Shown: piece by piece, positions 42,175 to 55,730 of the stretch
Position numbering within the stretch: the stretch's first letter is position 1
Layout of the letters: the number at the start of each line of letters is the position of its first letter
Assembly (NCBI GenBank): GCA_050613775.1
Contig: JBODTK010000117.1
Span: forward strand, 310,001 to 374,000
Length of the DNA stretch: 64,000 bases
From: Neocallimastix sp. 'constans'
Taxonomy: Eukaryota
Direction of reading: 5' to 3'
Program-made: the position numbers and the translations under genes
Notes under the pieces: generated by a model
Seen by the model: the letters and a program-made list of their open reading frames with translations, nothing else
The model's database searches: none
What the model was told of the DNA's origin: nothing

Positions 42175-43946
42175 TCACCAAAATTAATAATTAAAAGGAA
42201 AATTATAATAATTCATCAGGTAACATTTAACAAATAGAATTAATATATATATATTTAAATATGAATTATTTTTATAAATATAAATCTATGTATTATAAAT
42301 TAATCTATTAAATATATATTCACCTATCTATATATCTGCCTATATTTTATAATTGAATCATTTATTAAATGTATCTCTATATCTCTATATAATCTCTATA
42401 AATATATATTAAAACAATTTTTATATTAATATCTCTTAGTTATGAGTATGTTTTCACCATTAAAAAATGATGAAGAAACCAAAAATAATAATAGTATGAA
42501 TCAATCTATTTCAGGAAATAATTTAAAAACAAATATAGAAAATACAACAAAATTAATTTCGAATGAAATAAAATATTCATTACCATCTCGTAGTAATTCT
42601 CTTTTCAATAAAAAGTCAAGTTCTTCACTCTCTTTAAATCGTTATAATTCTAATGAAAGTTTAGAATTAGGAATAGGATTAAATCAAAATCAAGGTCAAG
42701 GTCAAGATCAAGATCAAAATCAAATTCAAAATCAATTAAATGATATGTCACCTACTTTACCTTCACCATCCCCTGTAGGAAATGACTATTTAACAAATCA
42801 TAGTCGAAGAGGAAGTGCTTCAAGTATAAGTAGTTTTCTTAGTAATTCTGAATCAATTAATAAACAATATCAACGACAGATGCGAATTGAACAATTAAGA
42901 AAACATTTAAAACAAAGTTCTAGTAATAGTAGTTTAAATAGTAATTTAAAATCTAATTCAAATGGAAGTAATGATAAAATTAATGGTAATTTGAGAGATA
43001 AAGGATCAGCAGATTCACTATCTCTTTCTTCTTCCCTTAATAATAATAATAATAATTTGAAAGGTACTAATGTATTTAATCCACCAGGACAACCTATGGG
43101 GTTAATAGAAAGATCTCAAACTCCTCCCATATCTTCTTCTACAACTTCAAAATTATTCAATTTAGAAAAACGTAATAGTCTTTCCAATATTAAACCTCAT
43201 TCTTCAAATCTTTCTGATTTAATGACCACGTTGAAACGATCTCAATCTTTTGCCGATAAAACTAAATCAAAATCTCAATCTACCTTTTCATCTTCACTTT
43301 CTCCCAGCCTTTCTTATTCTAATACCAATCTCAATAAAAATATCAATACCAATACCAGTAGTAGTTATTCCAATATTAATAGTAATACCAATACCACCAC
43401 TACTTCAACCTCAAATCTTTTTAGTGGTAAAAATAGTTATAGCAATATAGAAGGAGGTGTTTTAAAATTACGAAAGTTATCTTCCTCTTCTTCTTTTGGC
43501 GGTAGTGGTGGTGGTAGTGGACCTTCCGATATAGAGTATAGTACATCTTATAATACCACAACCGCAACTTCAACCAATACCAATTCACAATATTCTTTAC
43601 AAAATTCATTAGGTAATACAAAATAAAAATGAAAATAATTATGATAATAACAATAATAATAACAATAATAATATATATATCTGTTATTATAAAAATATAT
43701 CTATAATATTATTATAAATATATTTAATTTAATTTTATTAAAATTTATTTATTAAAATTTATTTATTTTATTATTCTATTATTTATATTTATATTTTTAT
43801 TTATATTTCTTTTTTTTTTTTTTTATTTTATATATATATATATATTTATTTACATTTTTTTTTTATTTTATTATATATATATATTTTATTATATTATATT
43901 ATATATATAATTTTATATTTTATTATATATATATATATATATATAC

Positions 43947-43990
<44 letters not shown>

Positions 43991-45784
43991 TATATTTTAT
44001 TATATATATTTTTATATTTTATTATATTTTTTATTCTTATTTTTTCACATGAAGATTTAGCATCCAATAATAATTCTAATTCATCTCTGTCCTCTGGTAT
44101 TAAACCATCCCAATTTCAATCCATTTATAAACCAATATCCCTTTCAAATTCGAATTCAAATTCAAATTTACCACCTACTTCCCCTTATTCATCCCATAGT
44201 ACCAATTCAAGTTCAAATGATTTTATAAAACCACCTCCAATTAAATCTAAATTATATGGATTAAATCATAAATCATCCTCTTCATTTTCTGTTACATCCC
44301 CTCTTGCTCGTACTTCTTCCACCATAGATATGGATTTAGATAAAACAATGAATATGAATATGAGTGATAGTATTAATTCCATAGATAATCTCAATCTCAA
44401 TAATATTAATCATTATAATCCAGTCTATCAAGCAAATCAAAATAATAATAATAACAATAATAATAATAATAATAATAGTCATCCATTTGATGATCCTGTC
44501 AATTTAAATCTATTTCAAGATAATAATAATGGCAATAACAACAATAATAGTAATAAAAATAATAACAAAAATATTAATGAAATTAATAATAATATCAATA
44601 ATGTTAATAATAATCGACCTAATGAAGATACTTATTCAGAATCAAGTTATAATCCAACTATTCGTGGTGGTGGTGGTGGTGAATATACCACTAATGAAAT
44701 TTTTGATCCACTTTTCCCTAATTCTTTAGCTTATGAAAAAGCAAATCATTATCGAAATCATACCTATTCTACACCACCTCCTCTTGGTACATCCTCAGGT
44801 TATATTATTGAAGGGGATAGTATGATTTCTGATACAAGTACTATTACTTCATCCATGGTTAAAAAACATGCCATATCAAGCCCTCATTCTCATTCACAAT
44901 CTCATTCTCAAACACAACCTCAACTTCAACGACAAAATCCCTCAACTACACCTCATCAACAAAATCAAAATCAAAATATAAATGTGAATATGAATTTAAA
45001 TTTACCACTTCCGAGAGTTAATAGTATTAATGATTTTATTCATTATCAAGAATCACGTCGTCAACCTCATACACAACCATTCCATGGAGGTGGCGGTGGT
45101 TCTACTTCTGCTTCACCTTCTTCTCCTCCTCTTTCACCTACTAATACTACTGTTCGACCGGCGCCATTCCAAACTCCGGGATTAGAAGGGGATTATATTC
45201 GTATTGAAGATGTTCAAGAAATTGCAAAACATTCCATTCCACATAAAATGTTATTAAATGCTCTTGAAAATTCTGTTGAAAAAATTCGTGATGATTTCCA
45301 AGAAGATATCACCAATATGCATCTTGAAATTATACGGCAATTTCATATTCAAAAGGTTTCGTATAAAATTTTTTTTATTTTTTATTTTTTTATATTTTTA
45401 TTTTTTTTTTATTTTATTTTTTTTATAATTTTATTTTATTTTTTTAATTTTTTAAATTAAAAGAAAGAAAAAAAAAAAAAAAAAAAAAAAAATAAAAATA
45501 ATAAAAATAAATATGAAATAATATGTTATATATAGACAAATAAATATTTTAATTTTTTTTTTATTATATATTATTTATTCTATTTAACTACTTATTAAAT
45601 ATAATATAATCTAATATAATAATATAATAATAATGTAATATATACATATATACATATACATATATAATGATAGATTGAATTTGAAAAAATGTTTAATCAG
45701 TATTCGGTTTTGTCTAATATTCAAAAAGAAATTGATTATTTAAGGGAAGAAAATCTTCGATTAAAAAATATGCAAAATAATTAA
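38705..45784 (+). CDS. NEDD1: NEDD1/GCP-WD-like gamma-tubulin ring complex targeting protein, 12 exons
   Basis: Exons 38705-38867, 39164-39246, 39609-39728, 39992-40132, 40468-40789, 41089-41180, 41505-41592, 41938-41948, 42198-42219, 42440-43612, 44055(or 44061)-45355 and 45674-45784 join in frame. N-terminal WD40 repeats (IAAGSSDGSVILFN, LATAGDDGNIYIY, FSVGLDKRI, GEILFYDLR) and C-terminal helix EDITNMHLEIIRQFHIQKIEFEKMFNQYS..EIDYLREENLRLK characteristic of NEDD1. Confidence 0.88.
41262..41382. repeat. (ATATAA)n intronic microsatellite
   Basis: About 20 tandem hexamers in a NEDD1 intron. Confidence 0.9.
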
Positions 45785-46559
45785 AAAAAAAAAAAATAAA
45801 AAAATAATAGTCAATAATAAATAATAGTCAATAATAATAGTGAATGATAATAACAGTGAATAATATTAATATTCTAATAATGATAATAATAAATGATAAT
45901 TTTAATAGAAAATAGAATTACATTTCTTTTTTGACATTATACATAATATTATATAATATAATACATCTATATAAATATATAACTATTAAAATATATAACT
46001 ATTAAATATATAAATATATAAATATATAAATATAAATATAAAATATTAATTAAATTGTAAAAATTATAATAGAAAAATGAAAGTAAAAAAAAAAAAAAAA
46101 AGTATAACTCCATTTAAATTAGTGTAAAATGTTTAGAATAAAATAAAATAAAAAAAAAATTATAAATTTGTAATCATTATAAAAATAATAATTATTTTAT
46201 AAATATAATTATTATATATTAAAGAAACATGATATTAAAAAAAATAAAATAAAATAAAATAAAATAAAATAAAATAAAATAAAATAAAAGCATACACATT
46301 AACAAATTAAATAACTAATATAAATAATATAAATAATATAAATAATATAAATAATATAAATAAATAAAATAAATTTTATAAAATTATATCTATATAATAC
46401 ATTTAAAGTAATGTGTGTATATAGTAGAAGATATTTACATTATTATTATTATTATTAATATTAATAAAAAAAAAAAAAAAAAAAAGGTTTTTAATAATGA
46501 TACTTTTTTCATTCATCATATAATATAATATATTATATTTGAGACAGTTTTACTATTAT

Positions 46560-46591
<32 letters not shown>

Positions 46592-48961
46592 ATTTTATTT
46601 TTATTTTTATTTTACTTAAATATTTATATAAAAATTAAAGTATTGCAATTATTACTATTATTAATTAATATTAGATATAGTAATAATATTTAAAAATTAC
46701 CGATATTAATATTAATATATATATATATATTTTTTTTACAATAAAGATTCAAAAAAATTCACTCCAAAAGAAAAAAGAAAAATTATATGTTTATTATTGT
46801 TTATTATAAAATTTATAATTTTATATATATTTTAAAAAAATTTTTTTTTTTTCTCTTTTTTTCTTGTCACAAATTCAAATAAAATAAAAAAAAATATAAA
46901 AAAAAAATTTTTTTTATTTTTATTTTATTGTATTATTAAATAGATTAATGGATATATATTAAAATATATTAAAATATATTAATGAATATATATTAAATAG
47001 TATTTATTTTATTTTATTATATTTTTACCAATAAATAAATAAATAAATATATATATATTTTTATTTAATAATGATAATTCTTTATTTTTTTTTTATAAAA
47101 AAAAAGTGGATTTTTTTTTTTTTTTTAAAAAAAAGTTATTCAATAGCAGTAATTATAATAATCCGTAATTACTATATATATATAAAAGAATATTGAAAAT
47201 ATTTAATAGAATATGAAATGAATATAAAAATAAAAAAAATATTATTACTTTATTTTTTAATAAATTAATTAATTGTTGTATAAGTTTCTTATATATAGTT
47301 TTATATTATTATTATTATTATTATTACTATTATTATTATTATTAATAAAAAAAAAAAGAAAATATTAATCTTTTGATGTTTCCAGTTTAGATAAGATAAA
47401 AATTTATTTAACAATAATTATTTCATTCATTTATTAATTATTTATAAAATTAATTAAGATTAGATCTTATCAAAAATTTGATAAAAAAAATTTATTATGT
47501 GTAAAACATATCACATATATTATTACTGTATTATAATATATTATTAACAAATTGACTATAAATTTTCTTTTTTATCTTTTTTTCTTTTCTTTTCTTTCTT
47601 TTAATATATTAAATATCTATATTAAATATATTTATAAATTTTCTTTTTTTTTTTTTTTTGTTTTTTGATAGCATAAATTATTAACAATCCAAAAAAAAAA
47701 AAAAAGATAAAAAATAAAATAATAAATAAATAATCCATTTATTATTTATTTTAATTATTTATATATTACATTATATATGAATATATGGATTTCATTCCTT
47801 TTAAAAAATTTTTTTTTTAACTAAGCAAAAAAAAATTAAAAAAAAAAAAAATAAAATGTTTAATTAATAATTAAAATAATTAAAATAATAATAAAAAATA
47901 AAATAAAAAAATAGATTAACAACAGCTAATAAAAAAAAATTAAAATTAAAAAGATAGGAAAAAGGAATTAAAAAAAATCAACAAAAAAAATTAAAGATGA
48001 AAATAAAAAAAGAAAAAAAAATTAATTAAAAATTTTGAAAGAGATAATAAAAAGTTAATTTATCCTATTTATTTATTTATTTATTTATTCATTTATTTAT
48101 TAATAAATGAATTTTAAATAATAATATTAATAATAATAAAAATATATCATATATAATATATAAAAAGAAATATCATAATAAATAACAAAATAATTATATC
48201 TATGAAATTATATAACTTATTAGTAGATATGTCATATAATGTTAAAAATAACATTTTAGATATAATTATATAATGTTTTATAATTTAATAATTTAATAAT
48301 TAATCATCTATAATCCATAATTAATAACACATTGTAAATTATAAATTAATTTTGTATTTATTAATGATGATTTATTTTGAAAAAGAATTAATAATGAATA
48401 TCTTATAATTATTTAAAAATATACATATACATATAAAATAATTTTTATGAATAATTAATTATATATACATATAAAATAATTTTATGATTTAAAAAACATA
48501 CAATAAGAAATTATTTTTAATGATTATTATCACTACTTTTCTTATTAATATATAAATATTTAATTTTAAATAAAATCTTTTATTAATTTTAGTAAAAAAT
48601 ATATGTAATATATATATATATATAAAATTTCTTAATTATATTATTCAAATTATATTCCCACTTTTTATTGAATTTATTTTAATACTAAGAATATTTAATT
48701 AGATTTAACTTTTGAATTGATATTTTAATTAATGAAACTAATAACAAAAATTTTATAATTAATATTTTATTTCATTTTATTTTATTGGATTTTTTTTTAA
48801 TTAATATAATATTTTAATTCAAAATTTGAGTGAAAACAGTATATACTAATTTTTAGGTTATATGTTTTAGATTTTGGTTATATATTCCTTATTATATATC
48901 TAGTGGGCACACTTAATAAAAAATATATAGGTTATAATTTATCTTTATTAATTTAATGAAA

Positions 48962-48992
<31 letters not shown>

Positions 48993-49196
48993 ACAAAGAA
49001 ATATGAAGATCAACTAATAAAATAAATTTAAAATGGAAACATATAAATTATGTATATTTTCTTTGTTCATTTTAATCACATAAAATAAAAAAAAATATAG
49101 AAATGAAAAAGAAAAAAAATATATATATATATATCTAAATAATTATCAATTAATTTTTGTTATTAATTAATTTTTAATTTTCACATAATATATTTA

Positions 49197-49227
<31 letters not shown>

Positions 49228-50654
49228 AGTTTCTTAAACATTAAATGTCTTTCTGTTATAAAACATTCCCTTTTTAAGTCTTCTTCTTTCATCAAATAAA
49301 AATAAATATAATTTTTTTTAAATTATAATTTTTTTTTATTAGTATAATTATTTCTATACAATCTTAATATAACTTTTTAATACTTATTATTTATTATTAA
49401 CAATTAACATTTATTTTTTATAATTATTATTATTATTTTTATTTTTTGATATTTGATAAAATATATTTCCTATATGGAATTTATAATTGATTGGTTGATA
49501 GTTTTTATCTTTACATTTTATGTATTCATATTTATATATATTAATAATATATTAAATATTATAAAATTATATATGATTAACATATATAATTTTTGAATAT
49601 TTAATAAAGTTCAAAGTAAATTTGTTTTTTTCTATATTTTTTTTAATTTTTTTTTTTTCTGTTTAAAGGTCAGAAATATTATAAAAGAAAAGAAAAATCC
49701 TTTTAAAATAATTTTACACTTTAAAAAAAAAAAAAAAAAGAAAAGAGTAAATGAAATAAAAATAAAAGTTGTAAAATAAATAAATAAATAAATAAAATAA
49801 TAATAATAATAATAATAATAATAACTAATATTAAATAAAAGAAAAACTATAATTAATTTAATTTTTTGATATATAGATATTAAAAATTATATAAATGTAT
49901 TAAAATATAATAAATATATAAATTAATATAGTAATTAATATATTATTTTAGCATTAAATTTGGTTATTAATCTTATAAAAAATACATTTCATTCTTTTTT
50001 TTTTTTTTTAAAGTGAATAAAATATTTATATATATGTCTATACAATTATTTAATAATAATTAAAATAAATTATATATTTAAATTAAATAATAATAATAAT
50101 AAAAAAAAAAAAAAGTTATATAATAAATTTATATAATAAGAATTCTCAAGTTAAAAAAAAAAAAAAAAAAAAAAAAAGAAAAGAAGAAAAGGATATTACA
50201 TAATAAAAATAATTTTATTATAAAATTAATATAATTTTTTATAAATACATAAAAAATTAAAAAAAAAAAAAATAAAATTAAAAAAAATAAAAATTTTAAT
50301 TCCAAATTTTCACATTTCAAAATTTTATTATATATATTAAATTATTTAAAATTTAATATATAAAATATAGAACCTAAATAAAAAATTTATATAAATAATA
50401 ATAATAATAATAATAAATTATTTAGTTTTATTTATTAAAATATACCATAAATTATTTATTTGTATACAAATTATCAATATATCAATATATATATATACTT
50501 TATATTTATTAACAATACTTTATTCTTTTTAAAGGTAAAAAAAAAAAAAAAAAAAAAAATACAATAAAAGGAAAAAATTCATAAATTTTTTTTATATATA
50601 CCTCAAAAATTAAAACAATCGAAAAAATTATCAATAAAATAAAATAAATTAAAA

Positions 50655-52331
50655 ATGTTATCAGTTTGGCAAGTAGTAGGTATGATATTAACCATTTTGG
50701 TTATTGCTTTAGTGGGTTACTTTTCAGGAAAAAAAGTAAAAAATCCTAAAGATTTTGCCACTGGTGGTGGTAAAGCAAATACCATCGTTGTTGCTGGTAT
50801 TATTTTAGGTACTTTAATTAGTGGTCAAGCTACAATCGGTACAGCACAACTTAGTTTTGCAAATGGTATTTGTTCTCTTTGGTTTGCTGTTGGTTGTTGC
50901 CTTGGTTGTTTAGTACTTGCTTTCCCATATGCTGTGCCTATTCGTCGTAGTAAGTGCACTACTGTTATGGAAATTATTTCTAAGGAATTCGGTCGTGAGG
51001 CAGAATACTTATGTTCTGTTTTATGTTCAATTGGTATTTTCATTAGTGTAATTGCTCAAATTATTTCAGCTACTGCTTTATTAACTACCATTTTACCAAT
51101 TGGTAATGTTGCCTCATCAGCTATTGCTATTGTTTTAATGGCTGTCTATGTTGTCTTTGGTGGTGTTTGGGGTGCTGGTTTTGGTGGTATTGCCAAATTA
51201 ATTTTCGTATACATTTCTTGTATCATTGGTGGTATTATTGTTTTAGTGAAGTCTCATGGCTACAACAATTTAATGAATGATATGATTAATGGTATGAGTG
51301 GAACCCCATTAGGTGCTGTTAATAACATTTATAATTACGATGAATCTTCTTTTCATTTCAAAAATGTTGTTGCTAGAGGTCCATTAAAGGATATTGGTAA
51401 TGGTCTTTCTGTTGCTGTAGGTATTATTTGTACTCAAACCTATGCTCAAGGTGTTTGGTCTGGAAAGAGTCATCGTGCTGGTGTTGGTGGTACATTGATT
51501 TCAGCACTTTTAGTTCCACCAATTAGTTTTGTTTGTATTATCATTGGTTTCTTTATGCGTGCTTATTTCATTACTGCTGATGAAGTTACTGCTATTGAAA
51601 AGATGGGTCAAACCGTACCCTCTAATCTTGAACGTATTGATCGTTCCTCTCAAGCCTTCCCAATGTTTGTCTACCATAAAATGCCTGATTTCCTTGGTGG
51701 TATTGCTTTAGGTACTCTTTTAATTACTGTTGTTGGTGGTGGTGCAGGTTTATCCCTCGGTGTAGCTACCATTATTCATAGAGATATTTTATCAAAAATT
51801 TTCAAGATTAAGGATCAAAAGAAATCTTTAATTATTATTCGTATCATCATTCTTGTTATTCTTGTTGCTGCTGCAGTCATTGCTGATTTAATGCCAGGTA
51901 CTTTAATTAATGATTACGGTTTCTTGTCTATGGGTTTACGTGGTACAGTAGTATTACTTCCATTAACAGTTTCCCTCTTCTTCAAGAACAAGGTAAATAA
52001 AAATCTTTGTCTTCTCTCTATTGTTGTTGGTCCCATTGCTGTTTTAATTAGTAAATTCTTTTTCGATTTATCCTTTGATCCATTATTCATTGGTATTGGT
52101 ATTTGTCTTGTTATCTTTATCATTGGTTTCATTGTTGGTCCAACTAAGCCAAAAGAGAATGGCACCACGACAAAAGATATAAAAGGAGGAGAAAGTAAAG
52201 AAAATATGATTAAAGAAAAAAATAGTTCAGATAATATTATTAATATAGAGAGTGGATCTAAGGAAGAAGAAGCTGATATTACTTCACAGAAAGATTTATC
52301 AAATACTAATGTAGAAATTAATATACATTAA
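50655..52331 (+). CDS. Sodium:solute symporter (SSS/SLC5) family transporter, intronless
   Basis: 558-aa ORF with roughly 13 hydrophobic segments. N-terminal pattern KVKNPKDFATGG...GTLISGQATIGTAQLSF..G...W, then TTVMEIISKEFG and YVVFGG typical of SSS proteins; charged C-terminal tail. Confidence 0.9.
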   Translation: MLSVWQVVGMILTILVIALVGYFSGKKVKNPKDFATGGGKANTIVVAGIILGTLISGQATIGTAQLSFANGICSLWFAVGCCLGCLVLAFPYAVPIRRSKCTTVMEIISKEFGREAEYLCSVLCSIGIFISVIAQIISATALLTTILPIGNVASSAIAIVLMAVYVVFGGVWGAGFGGIAKLIFVYISCIIGGIIVLVKSHGYNNLMNDMINGMSGTPLGAVNNIYNYDESSFHFKNVVARGPLKDIGNGLSVAVGIICTQTYAQGVWSGKSHRAGVGGTLISALLVPPISFVCIIIGFFMRAYFITADEVTAIEKMGQTVPSNLERIDRSSQAFPMFVYHKMPDFLGGIALGTLLITVVGGGAGLSLGVATIIHRDILSKIFKIKDQKKSLIIIRIIILVILVAAAVIADLMPGTLINDYGFLSMGLRGTVVLLPLTVSLFFKNKVNKNLCLLSIVVGPIAVLISKFFFDLSFDPLFIGIGICLVIFIIGFIVGPTKPKENGTTTKDIKGGESKENMIKEKNSSDNIINIESGSKEEEADITSQKDLSNTNVEINIH

Positions 52332-52817
52332 TTTTTAATTTTTTTTTTTTTATTTTAAAAAAGATTATCATAGAAAAAAAAAAAAATTTTTTTTATCTAT
52401 TTTGGTTCAAAAAATTATTTTATTTTAATTTAAAAGTAATTGGGTATATAAAAATATAGAATTATTTATAAGTGAGTAAAAAAAATAAAACATAAAAATA
52501 AAACAAAAAAAAAAAAAAAAAAAAAAAACAATAAACAAAAAAAAAATTTATCAAAATCATCTGTTAATATATCAAAAAAAAATTTTTTTTTTATATTTAA
52601 TTTATAATCAGTAAATTAATAAATCTATAATAATAGTAATAATACTAATTCTAATACTATTAATAATAATAACAATAATACTAATAGTACTAATAGTACT
52701 AAAAATACTAATACTAATACTAATAATAAAAAATATTATAAAAATTAAAAGATCTCTCTTTTTTTTGTTATTTTTTTATTTTTTTATTTTTTTATTTTTT
52801 TTTTTTTATTTTTTTTT

Positions 52818-52865
<48 letters not shown>

Positions 52866-53069
52866 TTTTCCTTGGTTTTGTTATGTTTTATTAATTGTTA
52901 ACATAATTGTAAAAATAATTGAAAAAAAAATTTTTTTTTTTTTCAATAATTTCATAGAAAATACAAAATCAGAAAATATTGAAAATAATTATATATCTAA
53001 TTATGATTTATTATTATTATTATTATTATATATATATAATAATAATAATAAATCATAATTAAAATTTAA

Positions 53070-53942
53070 AGGTCAATTCACATATGAGGTTTTTCTTGAT
53101 TTGAAAAAAAAGCCTACGACTCTGTTTCCATTTTCAACATTCTTAACAAATACTAGAAATTTATTCAAGCTCAGCCTTGATTACCCTTACTTACTTAAGT
53201 TTAGGTTTTAACTGGATCTTAAGATTAAGAGCTGGTGATAGATGTAATTCCATTATTGCGATTAGAAGTGGTAGAGTTTCTGACGATTGTCCTAAATTCT
53301 GCCCTTGCTGTGAAAATGGTGAACCATCTTTTATCCATTGGATATTTGAATACTCTACCTTTTTTTTTTTTTTATGTCGTTGTAAAATCTTTAGATTTTA
53401 TTGATGATTTATTCATTTTTATTTTCCAATAAAGTAAGGGAATCTTTCCTTACTTCCTTCTTATTCTAATATTTTAGAATATTAAAAATTTTATAAACAG
53501 GTATATTTATATATTCCTTCTTGGTGGAATTTCAGCTTAAGATGAGCTACCATTCGATACTTGGGGAACGGGGACATTTAAGTGAACAACCCCTAAAAAG
53601 TTCACAAGGGTCTAGGTCTTCTGTTTCGTATATTGTGGGGCTTGCGAAATATCTTACTAATACAATACCAATCATCAATAGCTCTCTTGAGTTACTTTTT
53701 GAGAGGTTTAGCAAAAAAAAAAAAAAAACACTTTCATTACCAAGAGTTCCCCGACATCGTACCGATATGACAAAGGAATTAGTGTAGTTAGTAATCCTGT
53801 TAATTCTTATCAATATACATCTACTAACAGCACTGTTCCGGAACACAGAACCCTTAGTAAATAATTCAACTTTTAATGATCTTTCTTGTGATTCAGGGGG
53901 AAAGTTTAATGGATACCATATACTATCTATTTTAAAGATGTT

Positions 53943-53978
<36 letters not shown>

Positions 53979-54338
53979 TATTGTTAGATTTAACTGGTGA
54001 ATCATGTTACTACACATAGTATGGTATACATTAATCACACCGAAATTTTTATTTTAACTTTTGAATTTATTTATAATTATTTTTATTTTTTTATTACATT
54101 AAATTTTCCATGATTAATAAAAATTTGTTTATGTTTAAAAAATTTTTTGTTTTTTTGTTTTACTTAAATTTTTTACATACATTTTTATTTTTATCTTTAA
54201 ACTATATAATGTTTTTTTTTTTTTTATTTTAATTATTTTTTTTTTTTAATAATGAAATACATAAAAATTAAATTATCTATTTAATAAAGCAATGGAAGTG
54301 TATTCTCTTCCTAATCTTAAAAAAAAAAAAAAAAAAAA
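53070..54338 (+). mobile_element. Internally deleted LINE remnant
   Basis: RT scrap GQFTY.VFLDLKK/AYDSVSIFNILNK joined to LGFNWILRLR..CPKFCPCCENGEPSFIHWIFE (Zn finger), 3' UTR and poly(A) at 54319-54338. Confidence 0.88.
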
Positions 54339-54637
54339 TCATCATTCATATATACCAGTACAAAGGTTAAATAAAAAGAAAAAAAAATTTAAAAAATAGA
54401 TTTTTTACATACATTTTTATTTTTATCTTTAAACTATATAATGTTTTTTTTTTTTTTTATTTTAATTATTTTTTTTTTTTAATAATGAAATACATAAAAA
54501 TTAAATTATCTATTTAATAAAGCAATGGAAGTGTATTCTCTTCCTAATCTTAAAAAAAAAAAAAAAAAAAAATCATCATTCATATATACCAGTACAAAGG
54601 TTAAATAAAAAGAAAAAAAAATTTAAAAAATAGATTT
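54170..54637. repeat. ~233-bp tandem duplication spanning the LINE poly(A) and flank
   Basis: TTTTACATACATTTTT...GTACAAAGGTTAAATAAAAAG...TAGATTT occurs twice, differing only in homopolymer lengths. Confidence 0.9.
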
Positions 54638-55435
54638 CAATTTCTAAAGAAATATAGATCATGAAAGAAGATTTCCCCCAAAAAAAAAAAAAAAAACTCA
54701 TCCACGCTATCATTGAAAATAATATTTAATATTACCAATGATCATAGATACTGTTAAAATATATATATATATAATTTATTTAAAATATAATTTAATTAAT
54801 ATATATATATATATATATTATTTTTTATTTTTACTATAGAATTATATATATAAATATATATATTTTATTATTTTCTTTTTATGGAATTATGAAATTATAT
54901 TGTTTTTACTGTGAAATTATATATAAATATTTTATTTATTTATTTATTTATTTATTTTTTTTTTTTTTTTATTTTTTTTTTAAACATTTATTTAATATAT
55001 AAATATTAATAGGCGGTGTATATACATTTTTTTTTTTATTTTTATTTTTTATTGTTCTACCTTTTTTTTTTTTTAACAGTTAATTTTTTTTTTTTTTTTC
55101 ATTATTATAAAGAATTCCTTAAAATGATATAATATATATATTATATAATAATAAAAAAAAAAAAGGTTATATATATAATATATAATATATAATATATATA
55201 TATTATATGTAAGTATAGTGAAAAAAAAAATATTGAACAATATTATAAGGGTGTAATGTGTGAATTTGTATAATATTTATAAAACAATAACAAAACAAAA
55301 CAAAAAAAAAAAAATATAAAAAATTAAAAATATAAAATAAAAAAAAAATAAAAAATAAAAAAAAAATAAAAAAAAAAATATAAAATAAAAAAAAAATAAA
55401 AAATAAAAAAGTAATAAATTAAAAAAGAAAAAAAA

Positions 55436-55730
55436 GAATTTCGTCTAGTAACTATTATTATAAGCAGATATAGGTTCTTACTCAAGCCAGCTATCTCAAT
55501 CACCGTACCAAGCGAGTGGTTTTCGCTGCTCTGTTACCAGCCTCACGCGTTGCCCACTTCGTTAATAACCTTGTCAAAGGACCTACATCCCTTAACGAAT
55601 GTTAACTCGGTACTTGAATAAGACCGACTCTCTACATAAGAAAGTCCTATATCACATTCTTATAACTCATACCATCCCACATTCAGTTGTTCAGAAGTTT
55701 AACTTACAGGTATACACCACTATACCCAAC
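55436..55730 (-). ncRNA. Signal recognition particle (7SL) RNA
   Basis: 5' GTTGGGTATAGTGGTGTATACCTGTAAG matches the Alu-domain pattern (GGGYRYRGTGGYGYRYRCCTGTA). Helix 8 GAGGCTG-GTAA-CAGAGCAG has the SRP54-binding motif with a GNRA loop. Helix 6 TTCGTTAA...TTAACGAA and long helix 5 pairing (GATATAGG/CCTATATC) are present. ~295 nt followed by an oligo-T Pol III terminator. Confidence 0.93.
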
